DNA of 64,000 nucleotides, from assembly GCF_009914755.1 (NCBI RefSeq), contig NC_060927.1. One strand, given 5' to 3'. The stretch's first letter is position 1, and each line of letters begins with the position of its first letter. The position numbers and the translations under genes are program-made. The notes beneath the pieces were generated by a model, which saw only the letters and a list, made by a program, of their open reading frames with translations, made no database searches and was not told the DNA's origin. Source of the DNA: the human T2T-CHM13v2.0 reference genome, Homo sapiens. This document shows positions 31,270 to 44,795 of the stretch, piece after piece.

Positions 31270-31442
31270 AAATTCTTGCCATAGAAAGTGTGGTCTACAG
31301 GCTGGCAGCCTTGACATCTCATCCCATTTGTTTAGAAATGCAGAGTCTCAGGTCTCACCCCAGGCTGAAGAAATCAGACTCTGTATTTTAACAAGACCCC
31401 CAGGTCAACTGTGTGCATGGAGACAGCAGCTCAAGGCCACTG
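31270..31442. mobile_element. MER5A1-like MITE
   Basis: aaagtgtggtc..gtttagaaatgcagagtctcagg..ctgtattttaacaagacccccagg. Confidence 0.7.
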
Positions 31443-31853
31443 AAATGGATGCGGAAATGGGAAAAACGGAAGCAATGCTCTCAGTGGCCTGTTGTACACC
31501 AGACCCTGTGCCAGGTACCAGGGATGGGGCCTGGAGGGGACAGAACTTGTCCCCCTCTCTAAGAAAGACGACCACCTAGTCACTCATGTCACACTGGACT
31601 CGGTGCTGTGATGGAGCAAGTGAGTGGCACCATAGGCATATAGAAGATGGACACCCAACCCAGACCTAGGGAGTTGGAAAGGCTTCCCAGGGAAGTGGCT
31701 TTTAGGCTGAGACACGAAAGTGTAATCAAAATGAAGAGAACCTGCAGTTGTTTCTTGTGGGGGCCATGATGTGGGGCAATAGGGACTTGCTTTGCTTTCT
31801 AGCCTGAAGGGAGTTTAAGGCGGGTTTATAGTTGGCCCCTGCTTCCGCTAGAC

Positions 31854-32080
31854 CAGGGGCCAGCAAACTATGGCCCATGAAGTAACTCCAGCCTGCTGTT
31901 TCTTTTTATAAATCAAGTTTTATTGGATTACAGCCGTGCTCATTTGTTTACACACTATTTGTAGCTGCTTTTGTGATACAACGGTAGGGTTGAGTAGTTG
32001 CAACCAAGAGACCTTCTAGTCATTTAAAATGAAAAATATTTACTAACTAGCCCTTTCCATAAAAAGTTAGTGGACTCTTT
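31854..32080. mobile_element. MER58A
   Basis: caggggccagcaaactatggccc..aagttttattgg..aaaatatttacta; flanks ctagac. Confidence 0.88.
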
Positions 32081-32089
32081 TTCTAGACT

Positions 32090-32270
32090 AGTGGTTCTCA
32101 AGTTGTTTCTAATTCAGTAGCATCAGCATCCCTGGGAAATTGTTAGACATGAAAATCTCCTGGCCCCACCCTAGACACATTGAATCAGACACTCTGGGGA
32201 TGAGGCCCGGCGATCTGTGTTTAACACGTCCTCCAGGTGCATATGATGCACTTACGGTCTGAGAAACACT
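32090..32270. mobile_element. MER5A
   Basis: tagtggttctcaag..gcatcagcatccctggg..tgaatcagacactctgggg..tgagaaacacta. Confidence 0.88.
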
Positions 32271-32504
32271 ACCTCATATCCAGCTCCTCCGTGCTTTGGG
32301 GTCGTCACATACTCACTTCTCTCTGGACTAGCTTTCCTCAGATCATTGTGTGCCTGGCTTCTTCTGTCCTTCAGGCCTCAGCTCAAGTGACCCTCCTTCA
32401 GGAAGACCTTCCTTGAGCACCAGTCTAAAGATGCCTCCTTGTCCAGTCTATACTGTCATCTCACTCTTATTTTGCATGTCACACCCTCTATTTCTCTCAA
32501 CACC

Positions 32505-33345
32505 TTTTTTCAAATTGACAAATAATTGAATATATTTATAGGGGGCAATGGGGCATTTTGATATCTGTATGCATTGCAGAATGATTAAATCAAGCTAATT
32601 GACATATCCAGCACCTCGTCTACTTAACTTGTTTGTGGTGTGGTGAGAATGTGTGAAACCTACTGTTCTAGGAATTTGGACACATACAATACATTATTAA
32701 CTATAGTCACCATGCTGTACTATAGACCACTAAAACTTACTCCTCCTGTCTAAACTTTTTGCCCTTTGATCAACATCTCCCTATCACCTAACCCCAGATG
32801 CTGGTAATCACCATCCTACTCTCTACTTCTATAGTTTTGACTTTGTAAGATTCCACATTGTATTAGTCCATTTTCATAATGCTGTGAAGAATTACCTGAG
32901 ACTGGGTAATTTATAAAGAAACCAAGTTTAATTGACTCACAGTTCTGCATGGATAGGGAGGCCTCAGGAAATTTATAATTATGGCGGAAGGCAAAAGGGA
33001 AGCAATGCACATCTTACATGGTGGCAGGGTGGTGGGGGAATGCCACACTTTCAAACCATAAGATCTCACAAGAACTCAGTATCATGAGAACAACATGGGG
33101 GAAACCACTATGATCCAATCACCTCTCACCAGGCTCCCCCATCATGTGGGGATTACAATTCAAGATGAGATTTGGGTGGGGACACGGAGCCAAATCATAT
33201 CACACATATATGAGAGATCATGTGGTGTTCGTCTTTCTGTGCCGGGCTTATTTCACATAGCATAAATGTTTTCCAGGTTCATCCATGTTGTTGCAGATGA
33301 GAAAGTTCCCTTCTTTTTAAAGGCTGTGTAGTATTCCATTGTGTG
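32505..33345 (-). mobile_element. L1MA 3' end, interrupted by a THE1 LTR
   Basis: aattgacaaataattgaatatattta..gattaaatcaagctaatt..ggttcatccatgttgttgca. Confidence 0.85.
32859..33202 (-). mobile_element. MaLR solo LTR (THE1C/D-like)
   Basis: tgtattagtccatttt..gagactgggtaatttataaag..gagatttgggtggggacac..catatca; 5-bp TSD cacat. Confidence 0.92.
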
Positions 33346-33601
33346 ACTATATGCAAAGTCATTCTCTCTTTTCTTCAGTTTCCTCATCTGTAAAATGGGG
33401 ATGATAACAGCATCAATGTTACTAAGTTGTTGTGAAGAGTAAGTGAGTTAAAAGGCTTAAACCCGGCTTACGTAGGTATTGGCTTAAGAGATGTTACAAT
33501 GTTTTAGAAGTTCCCTGGGGTAACTTGTCAGGAGTCACTTGTCAGAGTAGTGAATTGGCTTTGGTTTGGACCCCATATCTCCTGAACTCTAAGCTAAAGT
33601 T

Positions 33602-33779
33602 TAAATATTTTAATAGCTTTTGGAGTACAAGTGGTTTTTGGTTACATGGATGAATTGTATAGTGGTGAATCTGAGATTTTAGTGCACCTGTCACCCAAAT
33701 AGTATACATTGTACCCAATATGTAGTTTTTTTGTCCCTTATCCCCTTCCCAGCCTACTTCTGAGTCTCCAAAGTCCATT
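33602..33779 (-). mobile_element. Short L1PB 3' end
   Basis: ggagtacaagtggtttttggttacatggatgaattgtatagtggtgaa; TSD taagctaaagtt. Confidence 0.88.
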
Positions 33780-35835
33780 AAGCTAAAGTTATTTTCAGCT
33801 GGGCTCCTTGAGTCTCTTCTTCCAATAACTGGACCAATAGAATGCTGGTGCTGATGGATCTTGAATGTACTCAGAAGAAACCCTCTGGTTTTCTAGGTAA
33901 AGGAGCCAAGGTCTTGGTAGTAACTCCTGGCTGCTCTATTGTTATGGAATGCTTTACTGGTCTTAGCTCTTTCATCCTCCAACCACTCTTCCTTATCCCC
34001 ACTTTTAGGTGAAATATCTGTGGCTCAAAGAGTTTGACTATGTTGGCTAAGGTCACACAGCTGGAAAACGGCAGAAGGGTGGCTCACACCCAGAGGTCTG
34101 TGTTCTTAACAGATGTCTGGAACTTAGTCCTAAAGCATCCCAAGTGATCATGATTTCTACCTGTGGTGGCTCCTTTTGAGGTCATATTCTTCTGGAAGAG
34201 TAGAATCCCAGCTCCCAACAACAACATAAAGCTCATGGACATCCTTACTGCTGTCTGCTGGAATAGCACCAATGGGCTCTTCTCCGTGGATGCATGATTC
34301 AGAAAAATCTGAATAGAGGAAATGCCAAAAGGACAGGTTAGGCTCATTTCCCTCGAATGCTCCGCTTCTTTCATTATGTTTGACACTGTTGACACTGAAC
34401 TTGATGCTGCTGGAATAGCCTTTAGCATCCAACTAACTTGAGATCTCAGTGGGGGGTAGAGGGGAAAAAAGGATACTATGTGGAAAACTGAATTGTCAAG
34501 GTTACTTACAAAGGTAAGGGTGGCTCGATATCCACTTGCCTGTAGGAAAGTTCCAATGAGATGACTATGGAAAAATATTAACCTGTGATGAAGAATTGCT
34601 AGCAAAACCAAATATATAATTTCTTATGACCTATGTTTTAAGGGTGAGGCCCCTTTGAAACAAGGCAGGCATGAGACTGATAATTACATAAAGCTAGGTC
34701 CTCCTTGTTCAAAGAATTAACAATAAGGGGTGCTGGCTTTCCCAGGCAGTTCAGCTCAGGACTTTGTAATTACTTTCATCTTGATAACATCCCAGGTCAG
34801 GTTATTTTTATTGCTTGCAAAGAAGAAGTGCCCTCAAGTTATCTAAGAAAAGCCAGTCAAAAGCACGTTTATAAAGGTATTGACCTTAAGATAATAAAGT
34901 GTGTGGTTGAGGGAGTGTAAAGGCATATTGGGTTTCTGCCGGATTCTGAGGGAAGGGGATTTTTATTGGGGAGCAGCAGAGTGGAAGAAGAACTGGAAAA
35001 CTGGAACCTAGCAAACGATTCAATGCATTTGGATGCCTTTATTTATTTTTTCCTGACTTTGAGAAGCCAGAAGTAATTACAAATCATAGATATCTATTGT
35101 GCCCAATGTTCATATGGCTTTCTTTGAGGCAGCTTCAGTAGCATGGAAAATGCAGGAAGAAAAGAAAATGATTTAAAATAAAAATACAGTTTTAGTGCGG
35201 AAATCTTAGCCACAGAAATGTTCAGTAATCAGAGGCTTTTGAATGGAGCTTCAGTTCTCAAATCTAAGTACAGACTTTGAGGAAGCACTATGGGACAAAT
35301 ATAGCCTCTCTCCACCTTCTCTGAACCAAACGTGAAAATCAAGTCAGCTCTTGGCCTTAAGTGTGGACATGGGCCCAAGTTATGGGATTCAAGGGAAGAA
35401 ATTAGCTAGCAACACTCAAAACATCTCTCAAAGTCTTGCTCCAATATCACAACCCATAATGACAGGCGGGTTTCTTTCTTTGGATAACTCTGATTTATTG
35501 GTAGTAGATGACTGAACCGCTGTGTTGAGAAGGATTCAGAGGTCATCCCTGGCCTTGGCAAGAAAGAGTGCCACAATTGATTAGTGATGTCTGCCGTGGA
35601 GATGAGAGGAGGATGGTTTTGTGTGTATCAAGCAGTGGCTGTCACCAAGTTACTGTTGAGCTAAGGTGCTATCCCAGAAAAGTACTATGCAATGCAAATC
35701 CATTACATAGGTTGGACAATAGCCTCATTCTTAATGATTGATTTGGAGAGTTTTAATAGACAAATAGGTCTATTTGCTTAGGTTCTGTGGGTAGATATAT
35801 GTCCAGTTGTTCTGAAGGCTAAAATGACTGTAAAG

Positions 35836-36059
35836 CAAAAGTTGGCAAACTTTTCCTATAAAGGGCCAGATAGTAAATATTTTAGGCTTTGCAGGCTGTT
35901 CAGTGCTTGTCCCAGCTATTCAAGTCGGCCACTGTCATGCAAAAGCAGCCATAGGCCATATATAAATAAAAGGCATGGCTGATTTTCAATAAAACTTCAT
36001 CTAAAAAAACAGGCAGTGGACCAGATTTGGCCCTTGAGTCATGGGTTTGCCAACCCCTG
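35836..36059. mobile_element. MER58A
   Basis: ttggcaaactttt..aaagggccagatagtaaatattttagg..tttgccaacccctg; TSD ctgtaaag/ctgcaaag. Confidence 0.9.
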
Positions 36060-37218
36060 CTGCAAAGTAACTGCAGATGCCCTCTGGTAGAGGGAATTAT
36101 TGATGGACTGCGACGCTGGCATGAGGTGGTTTTGGTGAATACTTGTGTTCACAGGTTGAAAACTCATAAGTAGAGGAGCTTCTATAGCGATGACCCATGG
36201 TCTCTAGTTTGTTTGCAGGCAGCTGTTACACAAAAGAGGAGGATGTGACAGCTTTGGTTTTTGAGCAACAGAGATTATGCCCAAGTATCTACTTCTCCTT
36301 TGGTTTGTAATTATATAGTTGGTTCTGGAATTTGTTCAATACTTACATAATGTGAACCAGATTTAGATACCTCAAAGAGACTAATTTTTTTTGTTCCCTA
36401 TAATAAAATGATACAAAACGCAAGACTATCTCATTAAAAAACTTAAAATGTTTATGTGTTATAGGCCACCTCAACTTTCCATAACCACCCACTTCTGGAC
36501 TTGTCTCTACCCATTCTCATCCTGTTTCCTTTGAGGTTGAGTTATGGGTCCTGCTTTGGGCTCCCAAGGCACCTCACATATGCCCCTATTGGCACATTCA
36601 ACACCTAACTGAAATGAGCTGATTACATACTTTCTTTGGTTAGGGTCCAAGTTGCTTGAGTGGCTTTTCTTTCTCATCTTAGTGTCTGCAACATCTAGTG
36701 TAATTCATAGTATCTGGTAGATATGTTTAGTGAAAACAACATAGTATGTTTAGGGAAACTGTGGTAATATGGTTAGTGAAAATAATAAGTATTAATAACA
36801 GTCACTAATATTTACTGTGTGCTTTCTTTATGAAGGGTGTAAGGTGTTCTGTATCTATTATCTCATTATATCATTATATTAACCCTATGAACTTTCATTA
36901 GTAATTTCAAAATTAGAGTGAAGTGTTCCAGCAACCCCATACCTCATTCCCACCTTACAGATAATAAAAATAAATATGATCATGGAAAATGATATTTGAA
37001 GAACTTATGGTTATGAATTGAAATAAGTGTCTATTTTCTACCTTTCAGTTGTTGAGGTCACAGGAAAGCCTGCAAATTGTTGACCTGTGTTGCATTGAGT
37101 TCAAATGCTAGTTATGAACATTTACTAATAGGAAAGTTAAGATAACAGTTCTTGAACAATTAGAAGATGTGGCCACACCAGGCCTGCATTCATCCATGGC
37201 AACATGGGTTGTAATGTG

Positions 37219-37423
37219 TAGGGGTTGCCAAACTTTTTTTTTTTCTGTAAAGGGCCAGATAGTAAATATTTTAGGTTTTGTAGGTCAAAAGACAAAATCA
37301 AGGATACTATGTGGTGATTTATATAATGATTTAAAAATGCAAAAACCATTCTTAGCTCATGGGCTATACAAAAATTTGCAGCATGTTGGATTTGGCCTAT
37401 GGGTTGCAGTTTGCTGACCTCTG
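37219..37423. mobile_element. MER58 family MITE (MER58C-like)
   Basis: taggggttgccaaac..gggccagatagtaaatat..ccattcttagctcatggg..tttgctgacctctg. Confidence 0.8.
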
Positions 37424-38914
37424 ATATAGTGGTTGTAGAGACTTCACCGTGTAGATAGGGCATCCTCTCTTCAGGTTCCCACAGACCATTCCCTCCCATG
37501 AACTGACTGCTGCTTTATTTACATGACCTATCGGACTTTTATAGGTTATTAAGTTTGCACCTTCTAGGCTGTAGGAATGAGCTCAAAGCATAACATCATC
37601 CTTCAAATCCTTTATATGTCATGTCTTCAAATAGCTGGTGTCACTGCTGAGTGGGAGGGGAATGAAGATGGACACTTGAGGGTGGGGAAGAGAGAACAAG
37701 GGCCGGCAGGCTCCAGTAGATGGTTCTCTTAGTTTGGAGCCATTCGTTAGAACAAAGACTAAGCCTGTCTGTGCCATTAACAAGCTGTGCAACCTTGGTC
37801 TAGCTGAGGCTTCCTGAGCTTCAGTGTCCTCACTCATACAATGGGGCTGCTGATGCCTGCCTGCCATGCCTACTGCCGTGGAAGCTTGTTCTAAGACTCA
37901 GATCACATTCTCTTATTACTTGAAGTTGTATTGGGAAGTGTAGTGTTTAGTATTATTTTCTTCTGTATTTAGTATTTTTCAACTTTGAGTCATGGAAGAT
38001 TGAATGAAGGTGAGTTCCAAGTGTGATTGGAGGGCTTGAAGACCACATCCTGAGAGGAGAGACTAAAATTGGAGAGCACCCTTTGACCCTTGAATGGGTT
38101 AGTTTTAGAAATGAGAGCAGGAAACGTCACCATTTGGCAGGTGATTCTTAGGAACTGTTACTTAATGATGGGAAGTGTCAATTTAGAGATTTAATTAGGG
38201 TGTGGACAGAAGCTCTCCTTGGTTCGGGGTCTGGCTCTCAGGCATTGGGCCTCAGACTCCTGTCTCAGCACCGTCACCACTGTGCCTGTCTTTCAGGGAC
38301 GCACTTGTGCTGACCAGGCTCCTGTGACCTGAAAACAAACTATTAACTTATTCATTTCCAGTGAAAACTGCAGCTGCCAAAGAGATAGAAATGCCCATGC
38401 CCAGATGACCACCTGCTTCTGTCCCTCTTAGCAGAACCATGTGGAAAGCCAAGCCCTACCCAGAAGGCTGCTCGGGAAGCAGGGAACGCACATCAGGGTG
38501 TTGAATGAAGTAAGTCCACAGGCCATAGGCAGAGGTTGCCTGTTTTTCTCATCTCCCAGATGTCCAGGGATAGCTTTATCCATGAGACTGAAAGACTCAA
38601 AGTCTATTGCCTAAAATGTTTCCAAATTGCCTTTAACAAAGAGAAAAAAATTTTGTTAGAATAGCATTTGGAAAATCCAGAGAAGCACCGAAGAGAAAAT
38701 AGAAATCATCTGTAATCCCGTTATGCAGTTATAACCACTCAGTTAATGTTTAATGGGAAGTTTTTTGTATTTATACACCCATATTGTTAGCAAAAATGAC
38801 ATTATACAATACAATAGTGTTTTAGAATTACTTTCTCCACATCACATGTTGGCAACATTTCCCCATTTCACTATATAGTCTTCTGCAACACCTTTTAAAT
38901 TACACCACATTTTA

Positions 38915-39266
<352 letters not shown>

Positions 39267-39904
39267 TCATTCCTAGGTTTTTGATGCAGTTACCAAAAAT
39301 TATTTCTGGAACAAGAGAGATGTAAGGAAGGAAGTAATATATTTGTGGTGACATCATAGGGGACGAAAGGCCTCCCTACAAAATGTTTTGTTGTTCTACC
39401 ACCAGAGATGGTTCATAGGCCTAGCTTTGTAGGACAACTCTATCTTCATTTCTGAGCCACCTTTATGTAGATCTGATGTTTGACCTCATCCTTCTCTCTC
39501 TGGCTACTGTTTCCCAACTGTGTCACTAACATATACCGCAACTCCTGGTGCATAGCAGGTAGATGCCTCTGTTTCCTGCCTAAAGTTATCTCCAATCACC
39601 ATTACTCCATACTAAACATCCTATTCATTTTCTTCATAAACATCTACCTCTATCTAAAATATTCTTATTTATTATTTCTATTTCTTCTCAATTAGAATGG
39701 AGGCTCCATGAGCACAGGGACCATTGTATCTCATGCACTGAGAACATAGTAAGTGCACAATAAGTATCTGATAAATGAAAAACCTATACCAGAGCAATAT
39801 TATATCAAAGAAACCTGAGCTTCTAGAATCTAATTTGTTGGCCTGGAAAGGTATATAACTTTTTAGCATAGTTAAAAATGATGACAAATGTGAACCATAT
39901 ATGA

Positions 39905-40369
<465 letters not shown>

Positions 40370-40854
40370 TAAAAGGCCATCACTGAAAAGCTGACAGATA
40401 GTATTTGGAACACCTGTGAGTCCTTGCCACATCTGGAGTGGGCCTTATGTGTGAGAGGGTTGGGGGTAGGGGTAGCTGAAGAGGGAAGGAGCTTGTGCAC
40501 AATCCAGAAAGACCTCTGGGTCTTCTTACCTTTGACCTCTTGATTCCAGTAAGCAGGAACCTTCTTTTGTGGGCCAGAATGCAGTCTTTGAAAGAGCTGA
40601 GTTGGTCAGATAAGGCTGGGTCATCACGGCATAAAAGGCAGCCCCCTGGGCTTGGTATCTGCCATGAGGTGGGGTTCTTTTTGGCAATGAACATTATCAG
40701 TGACATCTTTTGGTCTCCTGTGATGTTGAGTAGAGCTCCGGTTTTCACGTGAACTAGGGAATTGTATGGTGCTAACAGTCAGCAAACTTTTTGGTAAAGG
40801 GCCAGAGAGTAGATATTTTTGGTTTTACAGGCCAAGGGGTCTTTGTCACAAATA

Positions 40855-41043
40855 CAGTAAGTCTTCACTTAATGTTATTAATAGGTTCTTGGAAACTGCA
40901 ACGAAATGAAACAACGTACAGCAGGTCCTCAACTAACATCATTTCATTATAATGTTGATGAGGAAAAAAATTGGTTATACATGGTTTCACTTAGTGCCAC
41001 AGTTTCCAAACACCTATCACTGGTGTTAAGTGAGCACTTATTG
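40855..41043. mobile_element. MER6B-like Tigger MITE
   Basis: Long TIRs cagtaagtcttcacttaa..taggttcttggaaactgc / cagtttccaaacacctat..ttaagtgagcacttattg; preceded by TA. Confidence 0.8.
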
Positions 41044-41069
41044 TGCTTAGCTCTGCTGCTGTAGCTTGA

Positions 41070-41429
<360 letters not shown>

Positions 41430-42847
41430 TCCAGTAAAACTTTATAGAAATAGAAGGTGGTCTGGATCTGGCCCCTGCAAACTGTAGTTTGCCTGCCCCT
41501 GCACTATAGCATTGTAATTACAAATGTGAATTCTGGAATGAAACGCACCTGGTTTCAGATGCCAGCTCCACAGCTTTCTGGTGGTGTGACCTTGGGGAGG
41601 ACACTGACTCCCCTGAACTTATTAAAGTTTGGAGGAATCAAAGAGCTCCGATGAGGAAAATGCACAGGCCTTCACATTGCTGTTATCAACTCAGAGAAAT
41701 TACATCAGGAACATTGTACCTTCTACTTAGAAATGGAATCTCTTTAGTAGGAGAGAAAAAAAATCCTATTTTAAAGCAGAAGATTAGGCCTTCTTTTAAC
41801 CTTGGCAAAACACGATCCTGTGGCCACTTGAGACTCTGAGCAACATAAGGCATCAGAAAGGAAACTATCTACCAAAAATATTTTGCTTTAAAAATCAAGG
41901 AGTAAACCAGACAGTAACTGGCATCCTTTAAACATGTTAACTTTTTTTCTCGTCGAGAAAATAAAGATACATTTCTAAAATCAAACTTCCCTCCGTTTTC
42001 CATGAAAAATGCATTTTAGAACAGACTGAAAAGCCTCAATGTGCCTGCAAAACCACCTCCGTGCAGTCCAGCCGGAGCGGTCTACTGCAGAGCCTCTCAC
42101 GGCAGTGGCTGTTCAGCAAAATCCAGGGGGGTTTGCTTAATGAGGGGTGAATACAATACGGACTCAGAGATGCGGCCAGTTGTTTTTTCACAGTTGGTAG
42201 GCAGTGTTGCAGGTGCATTCTCTTAATGAGGGTTAATTTGTCTCATATTTTAATCTGACAGAATCTGGCCATGTTGTTATGTATTCCTCAGAGGTAACTT
42301 GCTTGTTCTTAGTTGGCATAAAGAGAGAAAATGGAGCATAATTTGGGGGTTATTCGAATAATAGAGCGACAAGCTGGAATCTGTAAGAAATCTTGATTTT
42401 CTAGTGCCCAGAGTAATATTTACATGGAAGAAGAGCATTTTAGTAGAAATGGCAAAGATGAAGGGAGGCTAAATTACATTTCTGGAAGACTGTAGTTTGC
42501 AGCCGTTCACTATACAATGAACTGAATCAAGCAAACAGACTAGAGGTGTGATTTTGCACAGCATCTGCAGTTTTGCCTGTTTCAAATATTGCTGCCTACA
42601 GTGTATGCCATGGTTCCCACCTTAAGAGTGAATACAGATTCTGTTTATGAAAAAAAAAAACACTTTTTACTAAAAAATCATAAAATAATAGCTTATTGTA
42701 AAAAGTTAAAATTAGTGAATAAGGTTGATAATTTTTTTTCCCTAACTCAAATCTCAATCAGATGTAAGTACTGTTAAACTGCCTGGATATGTTTTGAATT
42801 TGGGGAGGGGTCATATGTAGGTATCTATGTATACATTCATGGTATCT

Positions 42848-43405
42848 GGGAGAGTTCTTTTACTTGCACAAGACAAACCCAACTCAGACTAGCTTACACC
42901 AAAGTGAAATCAATCGCTTATGTTATTGGGAAGTCCAGGTGTGGATCTGGTTTCTGGCATGATTCGATCCTGGGGTTAATTTGAAGTCTTCCCTCTTCTT
43001 TCTGCCTTTTGCCTTTTCCATCATTTAGTTGTTCTTCTCTTTTCATTTCAATCAACTGCAGATGGATTTCCTTCCCTTGGTAGGAAAGATGCTCACCCAC
43101 ACCCCCAGACTCACAATGCACCTATTCAGTGATTCCTGTAGAGGGAGGAGTGTCTGTAGCCACAATCCTGTAGATCAATCCCTGAGAAGGACAGTGACTT
43201 CTTGCTCTGTTTTGGCCATGTTCCTACTGCTTAGACCAATCTCTGCAGCTAGTGGGGATTCTAACAGGCTGGACTTGGGTTACTTCTTATCTCTGTGCCC
43301 AGGTGGGGTGGTGGTTATCATTGGATGTTGCAAATGACAGTACCACATGAACTGAAGGAAGGGAGTTGCTGGCACTAGAAAAAGGAAAGAATGCTAGTTA
43401 GACAT
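42848..43405 (-). mobile_element. MaLR LTR (MLT1K/L-like)
   Basis: ttgcacaagacaaacccaactcagactagctta..gaagtccagg..ttagaccaatc. Confidence 0.65.
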
Positions 43406-44564
43406 GCATACACTTTAATTTAAAAAAACAAGAGGAATGCTCTATAGAATCTTTGCTATTCTGTAGCTTCATTTTCCACTTTGTGTACACCTCTGTGTGT
43501 GTTCTTATAGCTTTCTTTTTAAATACTATATAATCTTCTTACATATGCTATTTAGCCAAAGGAGGATCCATTTAAATAAATGCAATCATAGAGCATCCAC
43601 CTCAGAGCCCTTGGCAATTTATATCTTCATGTTTGTGTGTCTTTGGCTATCCCCAAACTCCTAATTTCATTAAATAGATTTTTTTTTCTTAAAGCCAGAA
43701 AACAAGAGATATCATATTAGGTGTAGGATTGGCCATCATCAGCAAAAAAGAAAGTAGAGCTTCCTAAACATTCAGGAAAGCCCTGACTTGTTCTTTATTG
43801 CCTGGAATTCCACCTCAGCAGCTCCTTTCCTTTTTGCTTGAAAAATGAAGATCTTAGCCCTGGAGGGGTGATAAGGTTAGCACTGAATCACTTTTACTCC
43901 TTAAGGTAAATGAATATTTTCTAAGCCTTTTCCCTTTATGGGGGTTTGGTGGGAGGTGAGAGAAAATCTTGGACCTCTGAGAACAAGAGAGTGCTCCTTG
44001 GCTGGGGGACGGTAAAAGGGTCAGTAGGAGAGAAGGAAAGAGGGGTGAGGATAACACCAAACACATAGGTGGCTCTGGGGACACACTGGAGCTCAGTGCT
44101 TCATTAGATAAAAGTCAGAAGCTTCCTCGCCCCTTGGAGATTCAGCTCCATTTGTACCAGACCCTGTGAGTCCAGCATCCCCTCATTTCTGCCTGTGTCT
44201 TTCTGCCTCTACTCTGCCCTCATCTGGGCATGCTGCTTTGATCTTTGTTAGTTAATATCCAAACAACAAAGCCCAGGTCTTTCCCTGGTTTCCACAGAAC
44301 ACCAACTCACACCCTAGCAATTGGTGAGCATAGGAACTGTTGAAAATTTGCGGGTGCACACAGACAGGAGCAATGTTAGGATCCATGTGGCTCTTTCTGC
44401 CACCTCCTGGTGCCACCATGTTTCTTTCTATCTTCCTATTGGCCTCCCTTCTGGAGTCCAAAGACATCTTTCTTGTGCTTTCTACAGAATAGTTCTGTAC
44501 AAAGTTCCTGAGTTTTCACTTTATACCACAAGCACTTTTCAAGAAGTAAAATATTGTTCTCCAT

Positions 44565-44795
44565 CTGGCTAGAGCAATGGAAGGGAAAGAGCAAACGTGT
44601 TGGATCAGGCAGGCTTGATTTCACACTCTTGTTCCTTTGCTCACTGACTGTATAACTGGGCCATTTACTAAACCTCCCCAGACTGTTTCCTGATTGGTAA
44701 AGATGGCGGTAACAATGCCCACCTCAAAGCATTGCTGGGAGCATGAAATGAAGTGGGGCTGGCAGAGAGCACACGGTCTGGAGACTTGTGGGGCT
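44565..44795 (+). mobile_element. MIR
   Basis: ctgtataactgggccatttactaaacctcccc..gtttcctgattggtaaagatggcggtaacaatgcccacctca. Confidence 0.7.

Noticed and set aside
34084-34611. 175-aa ORF, the longest in the window
   Set aside because: Non-ATG start, no recognisable homology, and the end runs into a MIR. Only the internal exon-like segment is retained as a finding.
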